Part shown: positions 53,903 through 61,924 of the stretch, piece by piece | How positions within the stretch are numbered: the stretch's first letter is position 1 | How the letters are laid out: each line of letters begins with the position of its first letter | Source of the DNA: Alphaproteobacteria bacterium | GTDB lineage: Bacteria > Pseudomonadota > Alphaproteobacteria > JABAAW01 > JAHZMA01 | Direction: 5' to 3' | NCBI GenBank assembly: GCA_965243045.1 | Contig: CBDETR010000004.1 | Coordinates: forward strand, 160,308 to 224,307 | DNA length: 64,000 nt | Notes under the pieces: model-generated | Told to the model about the DNA's origin: nothing | Seen by the model: only the letters and a program-made list of their open reading frames with translations | Database searches by the model: none | Position numbers and translations under genes: made by a program

Positions 53903-54865
53903 ATGCGCAATATTTTACTAATAATGCTTCTATTTGCACCTTTATTTCCAGCCTCTGCCCAACCATCTGAGGAAGCGATTATCAAACGCCTTACATTAAG
54001 CGGTGAGTGGCGCACGCATTTTGATAACCGTTCTATCAATCTTAGGGAAATCATTGATGGGGGTCCGGGCAAGGATGGTATTCCAGCAATCACAATGCCG
54101 TCATTCCAACCTGCCAAAGAAGTTAGCGACCTTGGCATCTATGAACCTTTGATTAGCCTCACTATCAATGGCGATAGTCGTGGCTACCCTTTAAGAATTT
54201 TAATCTGGCATGAAATCGTCAATGATGTGGTAGGCGGTATTCCTGTGGCAGTGACTTATTGCCCCTTATGCAATAGCGCGATTGTGTTTGATAGGCGCAC
54301 CAATACCGAAATTTTAGAATTTGGCGTTAGTGGTATGTTACGGCATTCTGATATGATTATGTATGATAAACAAACCGAAAGTTGGTGGCAACAATTTACA
54401 GGCGATGCTGTTGTAGGGGTGTTAACGGGTTACAAACTAAAAATTATTGCATCACGTATGGAAAGTTTTAATTTATTTAAGTCGCGCTTTCCTGATGGTA
54501 AAGTTTTAATTCCGAACGACCCAAATTTCCGCGCTTATGGCAATAATCCTTATGTTAATTATGACCGTTCTGAACAGCCTTTTTTCTATAATGGCGTTTA
54601 TAAGGGCAAGCTTCCTTTATTGGCGCGCGTGGTGGTGGTAGATGATAAAGCGTGGGCATTGAAAGATTTACGCACCCATGGTGAGATTATCGATGATGAT
54701 GTTATCATCCGTTGGACTGCGGGGCAAAATTCAGCCTTAGATACCAAAAAAATCAAAAAGGGGCGTGATGTTGGCAATATCACCGCACAAAAAAACGCAC
54801 AAGATATCCCCTATATTGTTACATTTGCTTTTGTCTATGATAAATTTGTGCGCCAAAAGAAATAA
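53903..54865 (+). CDS. secreted DUF3179-family protein
   Basis: Signal peptide MRNILLIMLLFAPLFPASAQP. The central VTYCPLCNSAIVFDR...GVSGMLRHSDMIMYDKQTESWWQQ matches what I recall of DUF3179. Start at 53903, preceded by AAGGA. Confidence 0.6.
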   Translation: MRNILLIMLLFAPLFPASAQPSEEAIIKRLTLSGEWRTHFDNRSINLREIIDGGPGKDGIPAITMPSFQPAKEVSDLGIYEPLISLTINGDSRGYPLRILIWHEIVNDVVGGIPVAVTYCPLCNSAIVFDRRTNTEILEFGVSGMLRHSDMIMYDKQTESWWQQFTGDAVVGVLTGYKLKIIASRMESFNLFKSRFPDGKVLIPNDPNFRAYGNNPYVNYDRSEQPFFYNGVYKGKLPLLARVVVVDDKAWALKDLRTHGEIIDDDVIIRWTAGQNSALDTKKIKKGRDVGNITAQKNAQDIPYIVTFAFVYDKFVRQKK

Positions 54866-54880
54866 ATTTAGCAATTAAAC

Positions 54881-54900
54881 TTGATAAATGATTGATAAAA
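54881..54900. promoter_or_regulatory. direct repeat TTGATAAA-tga-TTGATAAA about 50 bp upstream of fabA (candidate regulator site)
   Basis: Read from the sequence; function not established. Confidence 0.2.
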
Positions 54901-54950
54901 AGTTATGTTTTTGTATCAAAATAGTAATGTGAAACAAGATAGAGTAAACA

Positions 54951-55481
54951 ATGAGCAGTGACTTTCAAGCAAAATCTTCCTATGATTATGATGAACTTAT
55001 TCAATGTGGTAAAGGGCATTTATTTGCCAATGAAGATGGTAGATTGCCATCGCCCCCTATGTTGATGTTAGATAAAATCACAGAAATCTATAAAGAAGGT
55101 GGTAAATACGATAAAGGCTATATCCGTGCAGAAATGGCAATAAAACCTGATTTATGGTTCTTTGATTGCCATTTTATTGATGACCCTGTTATGCCCGGCT
55201 GTTTGGGCTTAGATGCCATGTGGCAATTGATTGGATTTTTCCTAATTTGGTCTGGCAATAAAGGCAGAGGGCGCGCTTTAGGTGCTGGCAAAGTTCGATT
55301 TACCGACCAAGTGTTACGTCACAACCAAAGAATCAATTATGAAATTGACTTAAAACGCGTTATCAAAAGCCGTTCTTTAGTGATGGGCGTTGGCGATGGC
55401 GTTTTACTGATTGATGGGGTACGTTCTTACGAAACAGAAGACTTAAAAGTGGGCTTATTCGTTGATGGGATGGGCAAATGA
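54951..55481 (+). CDS. fabA: 3-hydroxydecanoyl-ACP dehydratase/isomerase
   Basis: 176 aa with [29 protein letters not shown]. Confidence 0.9.
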   Translation: MSSDFQAKSSYDYDELIQCGKGHLFANEDGRLPSPPMLMLDKITEIYKEGGKYDKGYIRAEMAIKPDLWFFDCHFIDDPVMPGCLGLDAMWQLIGFFLIWSGNKGRGRALGAGKVRFTDQVLRHNQRINYEIDLKRVIKSRSLVMGVGDGVLLIDGVRSYETEDLKVGLFVDGMGK

Positions 55482-56698
55482 CCCGCCGCGTTGTCGTCAC
55501 GGGCATGGGTGTTGTTGCCTCCATTGGCAATAATTGTGATGAAGTTACCCAATCGTTAAAAAATGGTAAATCAGGCATTTCTTATTGCGAAGATTATAAA
55601 GAAATGGGCATGCGCTCGCATGTGCATGGTATGCCTTCCATTAATCTTACAGAAGCGATTGACCGAAAAATTTATCGCTTTATGGGGGAAGGTGCTGGCT
55701 TTAATTATGTTGCCATGCAAGAAGCCATTAATATGGCAAAATTGAGCGAAAACCATGTGTCGAATGAACGGACCGGCATTATATGTGGTTCAGGCGGTAT
55801 TTCTTTTATCAATTTGCTAAAAGCATGGGATATTATCCGCGAAACAAGAATCTCCAAAAGAGTTGGTCCTTATATGGTACCCAAAGCCATGAGCTCTACC
55901 AATGCCGCAACATTGGCTGTGCCTTTTAAGATTAAGGGTGTGAACTATTCCATCAGCTCAGCCTGTGCCACAAGCGCCCATTGTATCGGCAATGCGATGG
56001 AATTGATTATGATGGATAAGCAAGATATTATTTTCGCTGGTGGCGGTGAGGAATTAGATTGGTCGTTAAGCTGTATGTTTGATGCCATGCCTGCCCTTTC
56101 TAGCAAATATAACGATACGCCTGAAAAAGCATCACGCGCCTATGATGCGGACCGTGATGGTTTTGTGATTGCTGGTGGCGGTGGTATGCTCGTATTGGAA
56201 GAATTAGAACATGCCAAAGCACGCGGGGCAACTATCTATGCGGAAATTACGGGTTACGGGGCAACATCAGATGGCTTTGATATGGTGCAACCTTCAGGGG
56301 AAGGCGCGGCGCGTTGCATGGATATGGCACGCAAAACAGCGCGTAATAAAATTGATTATATCAATGCCCATGGCACCTCAACGCCTATTGGTGATACCAA
56401 AGAATTAGAAGCCATCCGCAAAACATTTAATGAAGATGATATGCCTTATATTGGTTCTACAAAATCCTTATCAGGGCATTCTTTAGGGGGTGCAGGGGTG
56501 CATGAAGCGGTATTCTCATTATTGATGATGCAGAATGATTTCATGGCTGAATCAATCAATATTGAAAATTTAGACCCCGGTGCCGAAGGTTTGCCAATTT
56601 TGCAAAAACGCGTTGATAAAGAAATCAATGCTGTGCTTTCAAACTCATTCGGTTTTGGTGGTACAAATGCTTGCTTAATCTTTGAAAAATATCAATAA
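55478..56698 (+). CDS. fabB: 3-oxoacyl-ACP synthase I
   Basis: 406 aa KAS-I with active-site [12 protein letters not shown] and [19 protein letters not shown]; 4-nt overlap with fabA. Confidence 0.9.
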   Translation: MTRRVVVTGMGVVASIGNNCDEVTQSLKNGKSGISYCEDYKEMGMRSHVHGMPSINLTEAIDRKIYRFMGEGAGFNYVAMQEAINMAKLSENHVSNERTGIICGSGGISFINLLKAWDIIRETRISKRVGPYMVPKAMSSTNAATLAVPFKIKGVNYSISSACATSAHCIGNAMELIMMDKQDIIFAGGGEELDWSLSCMFDAMPALSSKYNDTPEKASRAYDADRDGFVIAGGGGMLVLEELEHAKARGATIYAEITGYGATSDGFDMVQPSGEGAARCMDMARKTARNKIDYINAHGTSTPIGDTKELEAIRKTFNEDDMPYIGSTKSLSGHSLGGAGVHEAVFSLLMMQNDFMAESINIENLDPGAEGLPILQKRVDKEINAVLSNSFGFGGTNACLIFEKYQ

Positions 56699-56708
56699 TA
56701 TTTTATCC

Positions 56709-57350
56709 ATGAAACATTTTGCCAAAGCAACCGCGCAAATTTTATTAGATACTGGTTGCATCCTCACCAGCCCAAAAAATCCTTTTACCCTTACATCTGG
56801 TAAAAAAAGCCCTGTCTATGTGGATTGTCGTAAATTAATCGCTTTCCCGCAAGCGCGCCAGCATATTATGCAAATGGGTTATGAAATGCTGTTAGATAAC
56901 GCCAAAACAACGTTTCATTGTGTTGCAGGTGGTGAAACGGCGGGCATTCCCTATGCCGCTTGGCTCGCTGATAAATATAATTTGCCGATGGCCTATATCC
57001 GCAAAAAACCAAAAGGCTTTGGCAAAAATGCCCGTATTGAAGGCGATTTATATGAGGGGCAGAATGTTTTATTGGTAGAAGATTTATTTACCAATGGCGG
57101 TTCTAAATTATCATTCTTAGATGCCATTGCTGATGTTGGTGCCAAATGCAATCATTGCTTTGTGGTTTTTCGTTATGGAATTTTTCCTGAAGAAGAAAAG
57201 AAATTTACCGAACGTGGTGCCCAATTACATGCACTTGCTTGCTGGCAAGATGTGATTGATGAAATCGCTGAAGCTGGGCAATTACAAGATGATGAGATTG
57301 CAACAATCAAGCAATTTTTAGCTAACCCTGATGGCTATCAACCCGCATAA
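56709..57350 (+). CDS. pyrE: orotate phosphoribosyltransferase
   Basis: FTLTSGKKSPVYVDCRKL and PRPP motif VLLVEDLFTNGGS. Start at MKHF (56709) gives E. coli-like N-terminal spacing; the track ORF starts at 56682. Confidence 0.8.
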   Translation: MKHFAKATAQILLDTGCILTSPKNPFTLTSGKKSPVYVDCRKLIAFPQARQHIMQMGYEMLLDNAKTTFHCVAGGETAGIPYAAWLADKYNLPMAYIRKKPKGFGKNARIEGDLYEGQNVLLVEDLFTNGGSKLSFLDAIADVGAKCNHCFVVFRYGIFPEEEKKFTERGAQLHALACWQDVIDEIAEAGQLQDDEIATIKQFLANPDGYQPA

Positions 57351-58014
57351 AACTAGCATATCCGATGATATTGCCGTTAAAATCTGTGGCGTTCGTGATG
57401 CTGATATTCTGCAAACATTAATTGATTATCAAATTGCCTATGCTGGTTTTGTATTTTATGCACCTTCGCCACGTTTTATCAATATCCCTGATGCCAAAAG
57501 ATTACGCGCTAATTTTGCCAATAAACTTAAATTTGTTGGTTTATTTGTTGATGAAACCATAGAGAATATTATCAAAACTCACCAAGAAGTGGGGCTTGAT
57601 GCCATTCAACTTCATGGGCATGAACCGCCTGAAATGTTGAAAATATTACGTAAAGAAATCACCGTGCCACTGATTAAAGCCGTTGGCATTGCACAGATGC
57701 AAGATATTCAAGATTCTGAAATTTATTGGGATATTGCCGACCATATTTTATTTGATGCCAAACCCAACCCGAATGATATTTTACCCGGCGGTTTAGGACG
57801 TGCTTTCAGCCATCAATTGTTAAATGATGCACAAAATTTACCATCCTCTTGGTGGTTAGCAGGCGGATTAAATGCTCAAAATATTAATGATATTTTAGCA
57901 AAGCTACAACATAAACCAGAAATCATTGATTTCTCATCAGCCCTAGAAACAAAGCCGGGCATTAAATCAGTAACAAAAATTATGGCTCTCATTGCGCAAC
58001 TTAACCATTCTTAA
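57331..58014 (+). CDS. trpF: N-(5'-phosphoribosyl)anthranilate isomerase
   Basis: VKICGVRDADIL... and TIM-barrel PRAI pattern; 227 aa. Confidence 0.8.
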   Translation: MAINPHKTSISDDIAVKICGVRDADILQTLIDYQIAYAGFVFYAPSPRFINIPDAKRLRANFANKLKFVGLFVDETIENIIKTHQEVGLDAIQLHGHEPPEMLKILRKEITVPLIKAVGIAQMQDIQDSEIYWDIADHILFDAKPNPNDILPGGLGRAFSHQLLNDAQNLPSSWWLAGGLNAQNINDILAKLQHKPEIIDFSSALETKPGIKSVTKIMALIAQLNHS

Positions 58015-58025
58015 AATAACGCGCC

Positions 58026-58697
58026 TTACAACGAAATCGTATAACCAAAAATAAGATGACGGGTAATTAATTCTTCGCGCCGAAAAACAATCGCACCACC
58101 AACTGTCATATCCTGATAGGTATCAGATGTTGCATCCTCATGAACATATTCTACAAAAAATCGGTGTGGCGTATAAGAAAATTCATTCAATTTTTTATAA
58201 AATTCAAAACCCGCTATCAATAAAGTGCTCTTATATTTAAGGGGCACACCCTCTTTTATATGAGAAGCATTTTTAAGCGTACCCATACCGCCACCCCCAT
58301 AAAAAGAGCCAAAGAATAACTCTCCCAAATGAATTTGTGGCGTTCGCCCGAATGCAATTAATGCTTGCTCTTTAAGTTGCCTGCCCTGAGAACCATTTTT
58401 GGGACTAAAACTATAATCAGTTTGCCTTAATTCAATGGATAATTCTTGAAAGAAAATACCACGGTAACCAATCATCAAGCCTTTGCCTGCAACATCATAA
58501 GCTTTTAATTCTGTGCTTTCAGCCACTCTATCTGCATAGCGACCCTCTTCAATGCGCGTATGGTCATGGAAGGGGTCAAATGGATTAAATGAAAGATGGG
58601 AATGCAAGCCTAAATAGATACTCTGCGCAGATACCATATTTGCCCATAAAATAACAGGTAACAAAATAAGGATATGAATTAAAAAATTCTTTTGCAA
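58026..58697 (-). CDS. small outer-membrane beta-barrel protein (OmpA-like TM domain / Omp25-like family), paralog 1
   Basis: Signal peptide MQKNFLIHILILLPVILWANMVSAQ, then alternating amphipathic beta-strands with aromatic girdle residues; about 200 aa mature. Confidence 0.55.
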   Translation of the reverse strand: MQKNFLIHILILLPVILWANMVSAQSIYLGLHSHLSFNPFDPFHDHTRIEEGRYADRVAESTELKAYDVAGKGLMIGYRGIFFQELSIELRQTDYSFSPKNGSQGRQLKEQALIAFGRTPQIHLGELFFGSFYGGGGMGTLKNASHIKEGVPLKYKSTLLIAGFEFYKKLNEFSYTPHRFFVEYVHEDATSDTYQDMTVGGAIVFRREELITRHLIFGYTISL

Positions 58698-58715
58698 TTT
58701 CTTAAAGGCAATATG

Positions 58716-59369
58716 TTAAGGAGTTGTGCCAAAACGATAGACATAACCAAGCACAAATTGCGTGTATCGAATCGTTTCCCGAACACTAAGGTCTGTAGTA
58801 GCGCCAGCATCTACTTCACGAAAACTTCCCGAACGGGCAACCACATTTTGATATTCAATAAAAAACCCATGTTTTGTTTCCGTTAAATCGCCACCACCTG
58901 GCACAAAGTCATAACCCAACAAATACGTATTGGTCTTGTAATTTTTATCAGTTGAAAGAATAATATTTCCCTGAGCAGGCGAGAGTGCATTACCTGTTCC
59001 AATTCCTACTTTTGCCCGACGCACACCCGTTGAAGAACGCCCGATAAGCATGATATTATTATGGGCAAAACGAACAGCATCTGCCCCCGGTCCCGGGGTG
59101 ATTTGACTTTCTGTAACACGGTATTCAATCGCAAAATTATTACCACCAATACCAAACAAATAACCTGGCACTGCCACCACATCATAGCTTACACTAAACT
59201 CATTATCAAACTCACTACTGCTGGTATTATAAATTTGTCTATCAGCCCTAGCATCTGCACCTCCTTCGTAGGTGCCGCCTAAATAAATGGCTGTTTGTGC
59301 AAAAACTTGCCCACTCGCCATCAAGGCAAGAAGCAATCCTAAAAAACTATATCGTAAATATTTTCTCAT
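58716..59369 (-). CDS. small outer-membrane beta-barrel protein, paralog 2
   Basis: Signal peptide MRKYLRYSFLGLLLALMASGQVFAQT, beta-barrel pattern, C-terminal YRFGTTP. Start trimmed to the MRKY Met; 18-nt spacer to paralog 1. Confidence 0.55.
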   Translation of the reverse strand: MRKYLRYSFLGLLLALMASGQVFAQTAIYLGGTYEGGADARADRQIYNTSSSEFDNEFSVSYDVVAVPGYLFGIGGNNFAIEYRVTESQITPGPGADAVRFAHNNIMLIGRSSTGVRRAKVGIGTGNALSPAQGNIILSTDKNYKTNTYLLGYDFVPGGGDLTETKHGFFIEYQNVVARSGSFREVDAGATTDLSVRETIRYTQFVLGYVYRFGTTP

Positions 59370-59452
59370 TCTAATCCTGATCAATGGAATAATCTCACTT
59401 AATAATAGCAAAAAATATGCCTGTTTCAATTCTTCTATCTCTTTATACCACA

Positions 59453-60445
59453 TTAATGACCTGAAGAAAGGTTCTGACGCGGATGTGTTTGATAATATTC
59501 CTGCATCATATCCTCAGTGGCTAATTGCGTATAAATTTGTGTACTTGCAATCGATTCATGTCCTAACAATTCTTGAATTTGCCGTAAATTACCACCCTCA
59601 TTTAACAGATGCGTCGCAAAAGAGTGCCGAAACGCATGTGGCGTTAATGTTTCAGGAAGATGCAATATATTTCGAATTTTTGCAAGATGTAATTGCGCTA
59701 CCCTTGCCGATAATACATGCCCCTTCTTGCCATAAAACACAAATGCCTGTTCTAATTGTGTAAATGGACAAGCCTGAATCGCCTGTAGAATAACCTCTTT
59801 GACCTTTGGCAATAACGGCACCATTCGTTCTTTATTGCCTTTGCCGATAATCCGCAAACTATCTTGCGCGTGCATCATATCCATCACACGCAAACTTAAC
59901 GCTTCACTAATCCGTAAACCAGCACCATAAAGAAGCATCAATAAGGCAATATCGCGTAAATTTTCCCAATTTTGCGATTCCCCTGAATTTTCTTGAATGT
60001 AAGCAAAAATCTTTTCAATATCTTGTTTGCTAACAGGGCGGGGTAATTTTTTATGTTTCTTGGGCGATTGCACCATTTCCAAAACATCATTCAATGCCAA
60101 ATCATGGCGCGTTAAAAATTCAAAGAAATTTCTAATAGATGATAAAAACCGTACCAGCGAGCTTGGTGATAACCCTTGTTGCTTCTTATATGCCAAAAAA
60201 CTACGAAAATCACGCATATGCAATTGATTGAGATTATCTAAACTGATTTTACCACCTGCATATTTCATTAAAAATTCAAAAAACTGTGATAAATCACGCT
60301 GATAGGCAAGCACCGTATGTTCTGAATGATTTTTTTGTTGTAATTCTGCGATATAATTCGCAAATGCTTGATGCAAATCATCAAGCGCATAATTTTTAAT
60401 TGGCTCCGCCAAAATCTCAGATGATGTTTTTTTGATGACGCTCAT
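59453..60445 (-). CDS. xerC: tyrosine site-specific recombinase XerC (Xer family)
   Basis: 330 aa with C-terminal catalytic box RHSFATHLLNEGGNLRQIQELLGHESIASTQIYTQL. Adjacency to a DUF484 gene favours XerC over XerD. Confidence 0.7.
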   Translation of the reverse strand: MSVIKKTSSEILAEPIKNYALDDLHQAFANYIAELQQKNHSEHTVLAYQRDLSQFFEFLMKYAGGKISLDNLNQLHMRDFRSFLAYKKQQGLSPSSLVRFLSSIRNFFEFLTRHDLALNDVLEMVQSPKKHKKLPRPVSKQDIEKIFAYIQENSGESQNWENLRDIALLMLLYGAGLRISEALSLRVMDMMHAQDSLRIIGKGNKERMVPLLPKVKEVILQAIQACPFTQLEQAFVFYGKKGHVLSARVAQLHLAKIRNILHLPETLTPHAFRHSFATHLLNEGGNLRQIQELLGHESIASTQIYTQLATEDMMQEYYQTHPRQNLSSGH

Positions 60446-61140
60446 TAATTCTGTTTCACCTGATTTAGCAATGACATCATATTGACAAAAACATTGGTTA
60501 AAAATATCATAAAATCAGAACCAAGCTTTCTATCAAATTGTTCTGGCGCACGCGAACCGAATGCCATAAAGCCCTTGCTCTGGTTGATATTCACCGCAAT
60601 CAAAATATCGGAATGAATCAAATTTGTGTCATAAATTTTTGCTTCACCCTTCATATGTTTACGCTGCATCACATGATTGCCTTGCAATAAGCCAAACATT
60701 TTACTGTTAATCTGACGCAAATTTTCAAACTCCATCTTTTGTACAAAATCTGTGCTTTGAGGCTCAACCACAATACATAACATAATTTTTTCTAATTCTA
60801 GCTGTTTTGGCATGTCATCCACAAGCATGGCAAATAAATCTTGCATGCAATTACATTCTAACATTTGCAACACCAAATCATAAATACGTTGCTGGTAATC
60901 ATGGTTAACACGCGCAATCGAAAATAACTCATGATTTTCTGCATCACGCACCGCAAGCTGATGTTGTAAATTCTCAATTAAGGCACTGCGAAAATCTATA
61001 AGATTCCCATCCTCTGTCCATTCTTTAGGAAACTCTAAATTGGTTAGTAAATCAGAATGGCGTATCAAAAAATCAGGATTTTTTTGCAAATATACCTTGA
61101 TTTGTTGCTCATCAGCCATAGATGGTTTTAATTTTGCCAT
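60445..61140 (-). CDS. DUF484 family protein (conserved xerC partner)
   Basis: 231 aa with N-terminal VYLQKNPDFLIRHSDLL...; typical location immediately upstream of xerC. Confidence 0.65.
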   Translation of the reverse strand: MAKLKPSMADEQQIKVYLQKNPDFLIRHSDLLTNLEFPKEWTEDGNLIDFRSALIENLQHQLAVRDAENHELFSIARVNHDYQQRIYDLVLQMLECNCMQDLFAMLVDDMPKQLELEKIMLCIVVEPQSTDFVQKMEFENLRQINSKMFGLLQGNHVMQRKHMKGEAKIYDTNLIHSDILIAVNINQSKGFMAFGSRAPEQFDRKLGSDFMIFLTNVFVNMMSLLNQVKQN

Positions 61141-61164
61141 AATGTTCCTATCATAAAATAGCCA

Positions 61165-61818
61165 TCATAAAATGGATTGGCCTGTTTTTGCCCAATCATC
61201 CATAAAGCTTTTTAAGCCCTTATCTGTTAACGGATGTTGATAAAGCATATCCAATGTTTTAGGTGGTAATGTTGCAACATCTGCGCCAATTTTAGCACAT
61301 TCCACCACATGAAGCGGATTACGTACCGATGCCGCTAGCACATTGGTTTCAAAATCATAATTTTCGTAAATTTCTACAATTTCACCAATCAATGATAGAC
61401 CATCATAGCCAATATCATCTAACCTGCCTACAAAGGGAGAAATATATTGCGCGCCCGCTTTTGCGGCTAGCAAGGCTTGGGCTGCCGAAAAACATAGAGT
61501 GACATTCACTGAAACACCCTTATCGCTGAGTGTTTTACAGGCTAGCAAGCCATCAGGGGTAAGGGGTACTTTAATGGTAACGTGGTCGGCAATCGCCAGA
61601 AATTTATCCGCTTCTTTCAGCATGGTTGCGCTATCAAGGGCGGTTACTTCCGCACTGACCGAACCATTTACAATCGCACAAATTTCCTTAATGGTTTCTA
61701 AAATATTACGCCCAGATTTTGCAATTAACGAAGGGTTTGTTGTCACCCCATCAATCAAGCCTGTTTGATTCCATTTTTTAATTTCATCAATATCTGCACT
61801 GTCTAAAAATATTTGCAT
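61165..61818 (-). CDS. tal: transaldolase, short (Fsa/TalC-like) type
   Basis: [16 protein letters not shown]...[13 protein letters not shown] and Schiff-base Lys region TIKVP; 217 aa. Confidence 0.85.
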   Translation of the reverse strand: MQIFLDSADIDEIKKWNQTGLIDGVTTNPSLIAKSGRNILETIKEICAIVNGSVSAEVTALDSATMLKEADKFLAIADHVTIKVPLTPDGLLACKTLSDKGVSVNVTLCFSAAQALLAAKAGAQYISPFVGRLDDIGYDGLSLIGEIVEIYENYDFETNVLAASVRNPLHVVECAKIGADVATLPPKTLDMLYQHPLTDKGLKSFMDDWAKTGQSIL

Positions 61819-61924
61819 TTTTCACCTTCTTTTATAAAATATTACTTAGATGAGTATAAACAAACATCGACATTCTCACAATAAAATCATGTTAAAATTT
61901 TACCTTTAATGGTAAAAAATAATC

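Noticed and set aside
59453-60445. Tyrosine recombinase as evidence of a prophage or integrative element near the OMP genes
   Set aside because: It is paired with DUF484 as chromosomal xerC usually is, flanked by tal and priA housekeeping genes, with no att-like repeats or phage genes.
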